Below, piece by piece: positions 17,118 through 26,824 of a DNA stretch of 64,000 nucleotides. This stretch comes from a virus. The notes beneath the pieces were generated by a model, which saw nothing but the letters and a program-made list of their open reading frames with translations, was not told the origin of the DNA and made no database searches. A program made the position numbers and the translations under genes. The DNA is taken from positions 32,001-96,000 of the IMG/VR virus record IMGVR_UViG_3300033148_008025; one strand, written 5' to 3'. How positions within the stretch are numbered: the stretch's first letter is position 1; the number at the start of each line of letters is the position of its first letter.

Positions 17118-17860
17118 CCGAACGAGCCTCTAGGGTATGGCTTAGATGCCCCTATGCAGAAATCTGTTCCACACATGTCGCAACTCGCATCGAATGCGTA
17201 TTCAATGAATGGTTGCTCGCCAACGCCTCCTTCATGCGAGTCACCCCCAACATCCCTGAGTTGGACTGGAACACCACAGCATGTAAGCTGAGCGTTCAAA
17301 GATGTCATCATCATTGGATCTGGAGTAGAGCATTGCAGACCTTGTGGTTGGCTTGGAATATTACCCATGGCTGGGCTTGGAATCTGTACGCTGTTTTGCT
17401 GCATTATCCCAACCGGCGCACGTGGCGCAAACGCCTGTATTACTGACTGCTGTGCCGACTGGTTTAGCTGGACACGACTTGGCGCAGGTGCCAATCCATT
17501 CTGTTGTCGTGCTGGGGCTATAGCTGATTGGTTTCTGAAAGCATCGAACCCTTGTTTTTTCATTGTTTCAAATCCTTGCTCTCCTACTGGGAGAGTGTGT
17601 AAGTTGTCTAATACGCCCTGTACATCAGAAGACAGTGGTGTGCGGCCAGAGAAGAATGTTTTCTTCTCATTGACGCTGTTGTATTCGCGCGAGCTTAGAT
17701 ACCCGTACGCAAAGAGTGACTGGAATGCCTCGAGGTGATCGTAAGGAGTCACTTCCGTATGCGCGGGCATTCGGTTTTCATGTATTACAGACACCCATGC
17801 CGCCAGCACCGGGTCATCTCCTGCTGCAACAAGAAGTCTGCAAGCGGAGGCTTCGTTCAT
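17114..17860 (-). CDS. hypothetical protein with Gln-rich linker and C-terminal Cys cluster
   Basis: ATG at 17860 in an ATGA overlap with the upstream ORF; CCG...CDMCG. Confidence 0.65.
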   Translation of the reverse strand: MNEASACRLLVAAGDDPVLAAWVSVIHENRMPAHTEVTPYDHLEAFQSLFAYGYLSSREYNSVNEKKTFFSGRTPLSSDVQGVLDNLHTLPVGEQGFETMKKQGFDAFRNQSAIAPARQQNGLAPAPSRVQLNQSAQQSVIQAFAPRAPVGIMQQNSVQIPSPAMGNIPSQPQGLQCSTPDPMMMTSLNAQLTCCGVPVQLRDVGGDSHEGGVGEQPFIEYAFDASCDMCGTDFCIGASKPYPRGSFG

Positions 17861-18264
17861 ATTTGCTTTCGATGGTGATAGGAGTCCATTAGGGAAGTCC
17901 TGCGTAGACAGTGTTTGCATCCGTCAAAGTTTTCATCGTGGTATCTTCCATGTTCACTCAGGCTCCATACCAAGTCGCGATCATAGAGGCGTGCTCCTTT
18001 CTTGTTCCCTCCGCTTATGCCGATTATCGAGAGGACTCCAAGCATGTGGAGTCTTCTTATTTCGAGCACTACCGTTTCGCGGTTGTCGCGAAGTGAGAAT
18101 ATGAGTTCGGATGTTGTGGCAGGGGATTCGAGAACCTCGACAATGATTCTTCCCTGCACTGGTTCGTTTGATGGTCTAGGGCGCCTCGGATCCGATGGAC
18201 CATGAGACGTCAAATTCCTTGTCGCGATCTTCCTTGCTGTGTTCAAGAAAACTCTTTCTGTCAA
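17857..18264 (-). CDS. possible winged-helix DNA-binding protein (start uncertain)
   Basis: IIVEVLESPATTSELIFSL...VVLEIRRLHMLGVL resembles a wHTH; stop is coupled to the next start. Confidence 0.5.
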   Translation of the reverse strand: MTERVFLNTARKIATRNLTSHGPSDPRRPRPSNEPVQGRIIVEVLESPATTSELIFSLRDNRETVVLEIRRLHMLGVLSIIGISGGNKKGARLYDRDLVWSLSEHGRYHDENFDGCKHCLRRTSLMDSYHHRKQI

Positions 18265-20116
18265 ATTTTCCGTCGGTTATTAGGTCCGACAAGTTCTTCT
18301 TGGCCCTCATGGCTTCGAGTAATTTATCGTCAATGGTGTCCGGCGAGACCAGGAAGTAATAGGTCATAGGCCTGTCCTGTCCTGGACGCGCAATCCTCCT
18401 GTAGCTTTGATAGAGTTCTTCGTAGTTGTAGCTCAGGCTGTAATAGAATGCGTAGTTCGCTTCTGTCAGCGTCAGGCCATGGCCAACGCTTGCTGGATGG
18501 CAAACAAGTAGTCGAGCATCCGGGTCGTTTTGGAAATTTTCGATGGCTCTGTCTTTTGCGCCTGCACTGATTCCCCCGAAGAGTCCTCTGGCGCCGTACT
18601 TCTTCTTATAGCGCTCGACGAGCGTTTTGCACTCCCATCGGTAGTTTGCCCATATGAGGGCCTTGGACGGCGGTCCACTATCCCCGAGTTTACTCGCAAT
18701 GGACTGCTCGAGGAGCAGGTCAAGCTCTTGCATCTTCGGAACAGTTTTACCTATTTGAACATCCTTGCCTTCGTCGGTCCGAAGGAAACCCCCGGTGATT
18801 TCTCTGAGCTTAACGAGTTTGCCTACTGCAACCTTCGCAGTAACAGGCTCACCTTCGAGCTCTGTGTAGAGCATGTTTTCCATGTCCTCGTAGACCTCGG
18901 TCTGCTCCTTGCTCATTGGAACATCGCGAACGAGAACTCGGACTGGCGGCAGGTCTATGCAGTCATCCGTTCTGAATCGGATAACCCTTCCCTTGATGCT
19001 TGTATAAACTGACTTCGGTGCACCACGCTTTGGCCGCCACTGTGTGGCCGTGTGTTTTGCTCCGCTACTGTCTTCCCATGTAACGCCGTAGATCGGAACT
19101 TGTTCATGCGTATCGTGCCTGAAGTCCGTGTATGACCGCTGCAGGGTTTGTCCCCCATCCAGCAACGAGAATTGCGCCCACAGGTCCAAAATCCCATTTG
19201 GCGACGGAGTCCCTGTCATGATGATGCAGTTGTCAGCAAGTGCCCTGAGTCGCTTGAGTGACTTGTATGTCCGCGATGTTCTCGACTTGATTTTTGAGCT
19301 TTCGTCAACAACAAGGCACCAGCGAAAACCTTCTTTAATTTTCCGCTTCATCAAGTCTTTCACCCTTTTTTCCTTTGGATCAGTCCTTAGGTTTTCAGGG
19401 TTGAGGACATAAAAGTCGGCGTCCTTCGCATAGAGTTCTTTGAGTAACTTTGTGTTTCTCAGAGAAGCTCTTCTCTTTGCTTTTGCCTTTTCTGCCGGAT
19501 CATTCCGGTCAGCACCTTTGTCGTAGTCGGCAACGACAACTCTTGCAATGGTCTCTTGCCTCAGTCCCATGCAAGACACATCCGTAAACTTTGCCGCATC
19601 CTTTATCCAGACGTGCTTGATCAAATTGACTGGGCAAACGACAAGAAAGCACCACTTTTCTGTCTGCATAAGGCTCTCGCCGTATGTCAGGATTATGAAT
19701 GTTTTTCCCGTGCCACAGTCGCCGAAGAGTGCGGGGTTGGTCATTGCGTACAGGAACTGCAGGCCAAGTTCTTGATGTTCGTACGGATTCATCTTGAACT
19801 TATAGTCAAGGCATATCCTTTCCCCACCCTTAACTCTATCGCCACGAACCGTTTCCTCGGAGTAGACCTGCCAGTCTTTTTTCATCGACTCCACAGTTTC
19901 CTGCGTGTGCAGATCGTCCGACAGCATGCACCCGAGAGAGCGCAACTTTTGAAAGTTTTGCACGCTCAGTGCGCAAGATATTTTCTTAGGATCACCTTTC
20001 ACATGATTGGACGAGCCGACCATGGAAAAGATGACTTCTTTCTGTCGCATCCAAATGTCATCCTCGATTGATTCGAGTGAGACCTTGATGCGCCCTCGTT
20101 CGACTGCTGCTTTCAT
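18176..20116 (-). CDS. SNF2-family helicase/ATPase
   Basis: YEHQ, GDCGTGKT, VVDESSKIK, MTGTP, GHGLTLT, QSYRRIARPGQ. Confidence 0.9.
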   Translation of the reverse strand: MKAAVERGRIKVSLESIEDDIWMRQKEVIFSMVGSSNHVKGDPKKISCALSVQNFQKLRSLGCMLSDDLHTQETVESMKKDWQVYSEETVRGDRVKGGERICLDYKFKMNPYEHQELGLQFLYAMTNPALFGDCGTGKTFIILTYGESLMQTEKWCFLVVCPVNLIKHVWIKDAAKFTDVSCMGLRQETIARVVVADYDKGADRNDPAEKAKAKRRASLRNTKLLKELYAKDADFYVLNPENLRTDPKEKRVKDLMKRKIKEGFRWCLVVDESSKIKSRTSRTYKSLKRLRALADNCIIMTGTPSPNGILDLWAQFSLLDGGQTLQRSYTDFRHDTHEQVPIYGVTWEDSSGAKHTATQWRPKRGAPKSVYTSIKGRVIRFRTDDCIDLPPVRVLVRDVPMSKEQTEVYEDMENMLYTELEGEPVTAKVAVGKLVKLREITGGFLRTDEGKDVQIGKTVPKMQELDLLLEQSIASKLGDSGPPSKALIWANYRWECKTLVERYKKKYGARGLFGGISAGAKDRAIENFQNDPDARLLVCHPASVGHGLTLTEANYAFYYSLSYNYEELYQSYRRIARPGQDRPMTYYFLVSPDTIDDKLLEAMRAKKNLSDLITDGKFDRKSFLEHSKEDRDKEFDVSWSIGSEAP

Positions 20117-20117
20117 A

Positions 20118-21254
20118 TCATTCTCTGTATACCGGATATTCAGTCTCTCGATTAAGTTTGCTTTTGAGTGATATCAACTCCCTTTTGGATGGCATGTACT
20201 TTGGGCAGCTTGAGTTCTTGCCGCCACATTCGAGCCGAGTACAATAGTCAAGCGTTGGCCGCTCGTCTCTTTCGATGGTGTTTCCATAGCACCATGCACA
20301 CAGATGATGATGATCACCTGTTAGTGGTACGCAGTTCCGAATTTTTCCACAGCAAATGCATCGGTAGGTGTTCTCGATTTGATGGTCCGACATCTGGCCG
20401 TTATGCCGATACAGATCTCTGTTGGGGTGGGATTCAATGTTCTCAACACCGCACCACAGCTTTCCTCCACGGCTGTCCATGATTCGATAGGTCTGTCTTC
20501 CAAATCGACTTACGTTGTTGATGAAATCGAAGTATGGAATTCCTGGTTCTTTTTCATGTGTGCGTACCCAGTGATACCCACTGACTCTATCTTTTCTCGG
20601 CATTGGCCATTCGTAATCTACCTTCTCTTCGATTAGCCATTCGTGGATTTCCGCTGAAACCCACTGGTACATATCATCGCCGGCAACAGGGTTTTCTGTT
20701 TGAGCATTTGGGTCACGAACCCTCCCCATGAGGGTTTGCATGTGGATCATGTTTTCCTCGTCTGGGAGCACAATCGCTGGGTTCTGATCTTTCGATTCCA
20801 GTTCCCTCCAGATGCGAAGTTGCCACTCAGAATCTTCTGTAAGCCTGACTGGATTCCCCGTGTTTGGGTCTTGGTAGTAGTAGGTGTATCCAGACCAGAA
20901 CGCAGGAACCTCCTCGATTCCATGTATTCGCTGAATGTACTCCACGCCTTCCTTCTGGGTGAACCACAGAAAGTGTGCCATGACGGCGCTCAGAACAGAC
21001 CACTTGAACTGTGGTCTTAGCTGCGTTGGCTGGCCATACCCATCGGTCAGTGGAAAGTTTGCTACCTGGCTTTTGAATTTAGCCATCACTCGCTCAACAA
21101 CATCGAACGGAGGCATATCTACCTCGGGTATCCCCCACCCTTCCTGTGCACCCGGCTTCCCTTCCTGGAAGTTGAAGTACTGAGCCTCCAGGTTCCATTG
21201 TTCTATTTCTTCTTGGCTTGCCGGATAATTAGCTGAAACAATATATTGCGACAT
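20118..21254 (-). CDS. hypothetical protein with Cys-rich C-terminus
   Basis: AAGGAGG SD; CICC, CAWC and C..C clusters. Confidence 0.75.
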   Translation of the reverse strand: MSQYIVSANYPASQEEIEQWNLEAQYFNFQEGKPGAQEGWGIPEVDMPPFDVVERVMAKFKSQVANFPLTDGYGQPTQLRPQFKWSVLSAVMAHFLWFTQKEGVEYIQRIHGIEEVPAFWSGYTYYYQDPNTGNPVRLTEDSEWQLRIWRELESKDQNPAIVLPDEENMIHMQTLMGRVRDPNAQTENPVAGDDMYQWVSAEIHEWLIEEKVDYEWPMPRKDRVSGYHWVRTHEKEPGIPYFDFINNVSRFGRQTYRIMDSRGGKLWCGVENIESHPNRDLYRHNGQMSDHQIENTYRCICCGKIRNCVPLTGDHHHLCAWCYGNTIERDERPTLDYCTRLECGGKNSSCPKYMPSKRELISLKSKLNRETEYPVYRE

Positions 21255-21271
21255 GTTTTCCTCCTTGGCTG

Positions 21272-21280
21272 CCTTATGCC
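21272..21280 (-). promoter_or_regulatory. GGCATAAGG motif
   Basis: Exact copy 17 nt upstream of ATG 21254, just before the SD. Confidence 0.7.
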
Positions 21281-21293
21281 CGGAAAGGGCGCG

Positions 21294-21323
21294 TTGACCT
21301 TCTGGCTGTGGGCAGACTAAACT
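21294..21323 (+). promoter_or_regulatory. sigma70-like promoter of the tail operon
   Basis: TTGACC-N18-TAAACT upstream of 21364. Confidence 0.55.
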
Positions 21324-21363
21324 GAGACTTAGTCCAAACCTGTGAAACTGAAGGAGTTAGAAA

Positions 21364-22092
21364 ATGAGAAACGATATAGGACTTCCCCCCGACATCAGGG
21401 AGAATATGGAAGAGCAACAACAGCGGCCTGCTGCAAAGCGAGAGATGGGCGGAATTGGCGCCAGCGCACATGAAAATACGAGGGCTGCGCAGTCTCGAGA
21501 TTTTGCAGTTTCAGGCGGATCTGCAACAGCAGTAACAGAAGAACAGAGCGCTGACCCTGCCGAGAAGAGCGAAGAACTTCGCATCTGTCCAAATGGCAAT
21601 TGCGAAATTGAACTTAACGATGAATGGTTTTACTGCGCAAAGTGCGGGGCAGACCTTCTGCGTGGAGGCCTAGAAGAACGCCTTGGTATCAAGTTCGACG
21701 AGGACGACATCAGTGACTACATCTTCAAGGGGTACATACTCAAGGAGGTTAAAATCCTCGGAAAGCATACTGCGCTGCTGAAAACTTCCCAACCAAAAGA
21801 CCTGGACGAAATTGATGGGTTCATCATGGACGGAAACTGGTCTAAGGGGCCGAAAGGCAAAGACCGGAAAGTCAGTGACTTCTATCTTCAGCAGATGAAT
21901 ACGCTGGCAATTGCTGCTGCAAGTCTTCAGGGAATTGACAATACATCTATCGGGGAAACGCTACCGGAAAAAGTCAACTACCTGTCTGATCGCGGATCTG
22001 CCTTTGTTGATCGCCTTACCGAGCGTGTTTCTCTTTACAACCAGGCGCTTGCAGAGTTCCTCAAGAAAGAAGATACAATCCCGGGGTCCTAA
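21364..22092 (+). CDS. tail assembly chaperone (gpG-like) with Zn ribbon
   Basis: Lies upstream of the tape measure gene; CPNGNC...CAKC; AAGGAG SD. Confidence 0.6.
   Translation: MRNDIGLPPDIRENMEEQQQRPAAKREMGGIGASAHENTRAAQSRDFAVSGGSATAVTEEQSADPAEKSEELRICPNGNCEIELNDEWFYCAKCGADLLRGGLEERLGIKFDEDDISDYIFKGYILKEVKILGKHTALLKTSQPKDLDEIDGFIMDGNWSKGPKGKDRKVSDFYLQQMNTLAIAAASLQGIDNTSIGETLPEKVNYLSDRGSAFVDRLTERVSLYNQALAEFLKKEDTIPGS
22080..22086 (+). other. candidate -1 ribosomal frameshift heptamer C CCG GGG
   Basis: XXXYYYZ pattern in the last codons of 21364..22092; the -1 frame is open from 22011 to 22463. Confidence 0.5.
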
Positions 22093-22463
22093 ACTCTCCG
22101 GTTGGATGGGCCAGGGTTAGCCTCCGATTGGTCCAAGGAGTCGACGTCGAGTACGGCTCAATCCAGGAGAGTTTGGCTATTCAAGCATGGAGGAAGCAAC
22201 AGCGAATCGATCTGTACAAGACTATTGCGATCTGCACGGCAACCGTAAACCCGGATAAGGCACAGGCATCATTGAGGAAATTGCTCGAAGAGATGTTCCC
22301 TGAGGTGGGTGCTGACAGGGATAAGGCTGTGGACAAAGCGATGGAGATCATGGAGAAAGAGAAGAAAAAAACATACGCTGTTGCTGCGGTTGGTCACTCA
22401 GTTAACAAGGGTGCCTTTGGACGTCTTCGGAATATAATGAAGAGCAAGAAATCCGGGAGATAG
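22087..22463 (+). CDS. gpT-like -1 frame extension of the tail chaperone
   Basis: Open frame ...SPVGWARVSLRLVQG...AIQAW with no ATG or SD near its start; ends 6 nt before the tape measure gene. Confidence 0.55.
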
Positions 22464-22469
22464 AGCTGA

Positions 22470-25400
22470 ATGGCAACCGAGTTCAACTATGTAGTCAACG
22501 TCGACACGACCCGAGTAATGGGTGCAATGTCCGAGGTGCGATCTCAGATCGGGATGGCCCTCGGCGGAGCCACCGGATTTGCAGGCGTTGGCGGGCTAAC
22601 CGGCGGGGGTTCCGATTTCTCTGGAGGAGCTTCAGCCGCATTTGGTCGAATGATGGGAGGCATGGGCGGTGGTTTCAAGTTTGGAACCTTTACGAACGAG
22701 GCCATGTCTTACATGCCTCACCATGGAATGGTTCAGGCCCACACCACGCTCGAGCAAGAGCGGGCAGTCAACCAGGGCGGCGTTGCAGCTGCCGCTCAGT
22801 TTAAGCCTCCAGGCGTGAGCTCGGCAGAGTTTGCGATGGGAGTGCAGAGCAACTTCGTCGACCGAAACATAACAGCCAAGTATGAGGCAAATGTTGCGGC
22901 CAGGTCATCCTTCTACGCAGGCGTAGGAGGCCTCGCTGCCGGCGAGCTTGCTTCTAGGATGGTAGGAACTCCACTCGGAGGTGCGATTGGAGCCGGTGTT
23001 GCGACGAAACTATTTGGAGCAGGAGCGGCCAAGACAGGGAAAATGATCGGCGGGTTTGCCGGCATGTTTGCAGCCTACTCTCTTGCTGATGATGTTGTAG
23101 GCGGAGCAATTCGAGGACACTACGCCGAACGTCAAATGACGGAAGGGATCACGAAAGAACTCGGCGAGATTGCCGGCGCGGGGCGAAACCTGTCCCGAAC
23201 ACAGAAATATGATCTTGGTTCCGCTGCGATGGGAGCCGCAAAAGGGCTCAACATGGATGTCCAGGAGATGGGGGACATCCTGGCACTAGGAAGGCAGTCG
23301 GGAATGCTTCCAGGGTCTGCTGATCCAGGAAAGGCTAAACAGCAGTTTCAAGATTTTGCTCGAGCCGTAGAAGAGGGTGCACAGATCCTCCACACCTCCC
23401 TTGCGGGCGCAACCCAGGTAATCAAGACAGCTACGTCGCAAGGGATGAGCGCAGAGGAAGGCGTTATGCGAGCCGCGGGCATGGGCGGTGCGCAAGCCTT
23501 CATGCGTAACCAGGCGTTCATGAACGCTGGTGCACAGACCGGATTATCCATGGGATATACCGCGGCTCAGGGCTCATCCATGTTCGGTGGAGCCATTGGG
23601 CAAGCAGGCGGAGCCGGTCTCACTGGCACCGAAATGCGCATTGGCGGAGGAAAGATGGCTGTTGCCAGGGAGATAGCATCTACGCAGATGGCAATGGCCA
23701 AAGGCCCACTAGGAGACATGCAGCTCATGGCAGCAATGGGAGGCGAAGGCCTTGGCGGGATGATGGATATGCCTGGACAGGCAATGGCTGCAATGAGCCA
23801 GGGTGGCGACTTTATGTCCAACGCTGTCAACTTCATGGTCCACAAGGATGAGTATCGACGAGGGATTGGAGCCAAAGGAATTCGCTCAATGGCTCGTCAG
23901 CAAATTTCAAGCATGGGCGAAATTATACAAGATCTCGCCCCGGGCATTGACCGTGCAACAGCCAACAGGATGGCAGGAATCAGCATGGGGATGACCCCAG
24001 ACCAAGCGGAACGAGTTGTTGGTGGCACGATGGCTCGTGCTGGCGGTGGTAGCGGAGGCAGTGCTGCCACAAAGTCTAGGCAGATTGCAGCGATGCAGGG
24101 GACGATGCTTAGCAATGCAACACAGGGTGTAGAGTCGATTGATTCAAGGATGAGTGGAGGAAGTGGTGGTTTCGACTTGAATGCAACCATGACTGGCGGG
24201 ATGGCCGGAATGATGCTTGGCGGAAAAGGCGCCGTATTGGGTGCTGGAGCCGGTCTTGCTATAGATATCGGCCAAGGTATCCACGGCCTGCTTTCTGGCC
24301 CCACAAGTGCTCGCGAGGCGGCACAGTCCTACGACGCAGAGATGGCTAGGGCTAAAAAGAAAATGGGCTATGTCGACATAGACCAAAGTTCCGCGCAGGC
24401 ATTTCTTCGCGCAGACCTGAGCGGAGCTCGGCTTGACCTTGGTAGCGCTGGCTCTGTCATAGCCGGGCCAACGGCAGCAGCCTTCGGTGCGATGGGATTA
24501 CAGGAGGTAGCCGCCGGCGCTGGCACGATGAGAGTTGGAAGCAAGTATTACTCGTCGTCGGAGGTTCAGTCGCTAGTGAAGAATCAGACTGCCTGGCAGC
24601 CAAAAATCTCAGCCAAGGATGCAAAAAGTTCGCGGGCTATGGCCTATGCGTCGACTTACTCCAAGGAAGGAATCGCGAGCGCGGGGGGAGCGCGGAGGCT
24701 ATCTGAGGATATTGGTGCATTCAAGCTTGCTTACGCAACTATTGCAAAGGGGGGGTCAGCCCTAAATGCAGACACTAGAGAAAAGTATGGGATCGGAAAG
24801 AAGGCTACAACATCGCTAGAAAATGCCCAGGAAGATGTTTTGGCGTACACGAAACAGTTTATCAACAACATCCCCGATACCGACGAAAACCGGTCAAAGA
24901 AACAGGAGCTACTTACCCTTGCATCAAAGCCCGGCGGCCTTCGCAGCCCGAAGGTTCGTGCGTTCATGCAGGATGTTGCGGGAGTCGAGCTTGAAGACAT
25001 CAACCCTGTTCACTGGGGTGGTCGAGCGGGTGCAGTTGCGGTAAAGGAAGGCATCGAAGCATCGATGACCGCAGAGCAGAACTTCCTCTCGGATTTCTAC
25101 GGAGGCGAGCTCAGCGGTGTTTCCATGGAAAAAAGTGTTGCCGGAATAAAATCCAAGACTACAGAGAAAGAGCAGAGCAAGGTAGCATCGCGTTATGTCT
25201 CAATGAAAGGCTCCATGATCGGAATGGGGCAAATGGCAATCATGACCAGCGGGGCAAAATCTCCTGCGCGGGAGTGGGAGGGGTGGGCAAGCATAACGAC
25301 CGGCCAATTCAGGAAAGAACCTACACCAGAGGAGGTCAAGGCAAGCATGGAGGCCAAGGCAGAATATTGGGAAGCGGTTACAACGAGCGAGGATTACATC

Positions 25401-25907
25401 AAAGGCAAAGCAGCTGCTGTCCGCGGCGACTATGACACTGCCAATAAGCTAATTGGGGAATCATACAGGTCATCAAAAGCCTCTATGGGCCAAAGAGGGA
25501 GAGACCTTGCAACACCAATAAGCATCGATGTCGAAAAAAAGTTTCTTCGTCCCGGCGCGGCAGAGACTGGACTTGTTACCACTGGAGCGGCAAAAGCTGC
25601 GCAGATGCTTGGGTTGGAGTCATCTGCAAATTTCCTGAAAGACATAGCCAAAGACATCTTGGAGCCAACGTCATACGCCGAGCAAGCAGCCGCAGAGGCT
25701 GCAGGCATCGGAAAGCTCAAGAAAGCACAAAAGAAAGCACGCCGCGGCGCACAGAATGCTGTTGGATGGGGACAACAAGAAGAGTCGATGGCGCTGATCA
25801 ACAAGTCCCTGAAGCGAACACACAAGATGCTTGAAGTTCTAGAGGGACGTATCGCTGGGACAGGGAAGAACCCAGGCGGAAATGCAAAGACATCGGGAGA
25901 TAACTAG
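22470..25907 (+). CDS. tail tape measure protein
   Basis: 1145 aa, Gly/Ala/Met-rich and helical, following the chaperone pair. Confidence 0.8.
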   Translation: MATEFNYVVNVDTTRVMGAMSEVRSQIGMALGGATGFAGVGGLTGGGSDFSGGASAAFGRMMGGMGGGFKFGTFTNEAMSYMPHHGMVQAHTTLEQERAVNQGGVAAAAQFKPPGVSSAEFAMGVQSNFVDRNITAKYEANVAARSSFYAGVGGLAAGELASRMVGTPLGGAIGAGVATKLFGAGAAKTGKMIGGFAGMFAAYSLADDVVGGAIRGHYAERQMTEGITKELGEIAGAGRNLSRTQKYDLGSAAMGAAKGLNMDVQEMGDILALGRQSGMLPGSADPGKAKQQFQDFARAVEEGAQILHTSLAGATQVIKTATSQGMSAEEGVMRAAGMGGAQAFMRNQAFMNAGAQTGLSMGYTAAQGSSMFGGAIGQAGGAGLTGTEMRIGGGKMAVAREIASTQMAMAKGPLGDMQLMAAMGGEGLGGMMDMPGQAMAAMSQGGDFMSNAVNFMVHKDEYRRGIGAKGIRSMARQQISSMGEIIQDLAPGIDRATANRMAGISMGMTPDQAERVVGGTMARAGGGSGGSAATKSRQIAAMQGTMLSNATQGVESIDSRMSGGSGGFDLNATMTGGMAGMMLGGKGAVLGAGAGLAIDIGQGIHGLLSGPTSAREAAQSYDAEMARAKKKMGYVDIDQSSAQAFLRADLSGARLDLGSAGSVIAGPTAAAFGAMGLQEVAAGAGTMRVGSKYYSSSEVQSLVKNQTAWQPKISAKDAKSSRAMAYASTYSKEGIASAGGARRLSEDIGAFKLAYATIAKGGSALNADTREKYGIGKKATTSLENAQEDVLAYTKQFINNIPDTDENRSKKQELLTLASKPGGLRSPKVRAFMQDVAGVELEDINPVHWGGRAGAVAVKEGIEASMTAEQNFLSDFYGGELSGVSMEKSVAGIKSKTTEKEQSKVASRYVSMKGSMIGMGQMAIMTSGAKSPAREWEGWASITTGQFRKEPTPEEVKASMEAKAEYWEAVTTSEDYIKGKAAAVRGDYDTANKLIGESYRSSKASMGQRGRDLATPISIDVEKKFLRPGAAETGLVTTGAAKAAQMLGLESSANFLKDIAKDILEPTSYAEQAAAEAAGIGKLKKAQKKARRGAQNAVGWGQQEESMALINKSLKRTHKMLEVLEGRIAGTGKNPGGNAKTSGDN

Positions 25908-25909
25908 TA

Positions 25910-26824
25910 ATGGCTGAAAGCAAAGGATGGGGCGAATTACCGTGGGGAGCTGGGCCGTGGGGTGCTGGCATTTCAGACGGTGTTGCCCCACCAGCAATAG
26001 TTGCAGTTGACCCAGAAGAAGGTAGCTCTGGGATCGCATCAAGCACCCATGTTTCCATAGGCGTTTCAGACGAGCAGGAGGTCAACGTCGACACGCTACT
26101 CCTATCCGTTGGCGGAATAACCTATGTTCGAAACGGTGTTGCCATCAACGGAGCAACCATAACCGCTGCGCCAAATGAGCAGAACGGGTTCACGGCACAA
26201 GTCGACCTTCCAATAGACCTGGAGGTTGGAATTTTTCACGATGTAAACGCCATGGTTGTAAACATCAGCGGCATTCGAACCATCAAGCAGTACACCTTCC
26301 AAGTCGGAGTTCAGCCGAGACTGCTTCAAGTGAAAAACCCTGCGAAAGGAATTTTAATCGCGTTTTTCAATCAGGCAATGAAGCACAACGCTGACTTCCT
26401 GTCAGCTGCAAACTGGAAAGTAGATCCGGTCTCCGATGGTGCAATTCCCCTGTCCATCACAGAGGTGATTGCAAATTCAACCCAGCCAGACCAGGCAATT
26501 CTTCGATACGAAGGGGGGGGGTCAACATATAAGCTGACAACGTTCAAGCTTGTCAGCGCAAGCGGGCAACAGATCGAGCCAGGCTACGAATCGGCGCTTT
26601 TCGACATCTTATTCAAGCAGGACGAGAAGCCAAAAATCAGACTCTTTGACACCATTTTTGGCGTAGTCGGGGTTTCACAGGGAGTGATATCCCGGAGGAC
26701 GATGGATGACCATGTCGCCGGACGAGCAATTGCAACGGGAATGGATGAACAGTTTAGGCTCAGAATGCAAACCTTTGATGGGGCGCAGGGTCGAACCGGA
26801 AAACCGGGGACAAGGAGAACATAG
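25910..26824 (+). CDS. virion structural protein with Ig-like domains
   Basis: GWGELPWGAGPWG N-terminus; beta-rich; TAATG coupling. Confidence 0.55.
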   Translation: MAESKGWGELPWGAGPWGAGISDGVAPPAIVAVDPEEGSSGIASSTHVSIGVSDEQEVNVDTLLLSVGGITYVRNGVAINGATITAAPNEQNGFTAQVDLPIDLEVGIFHDVNAMVVNISGIRTIKQYTFQVGVQPRLLQVKNPAKGILIAFFNQAMKHNADFLSAANWKVDPVSDGAIPLSITEVIANSTQPDQAILRYEGGGSTYKLTTFKLVSASGQQIEPGYESALFDILFKQDEKPKIRLFDTIFGVVGVSQGVISRRTMDDHVAGRAIATGMDEQFRLRMQTFDGAQGRTGKPGTRRT

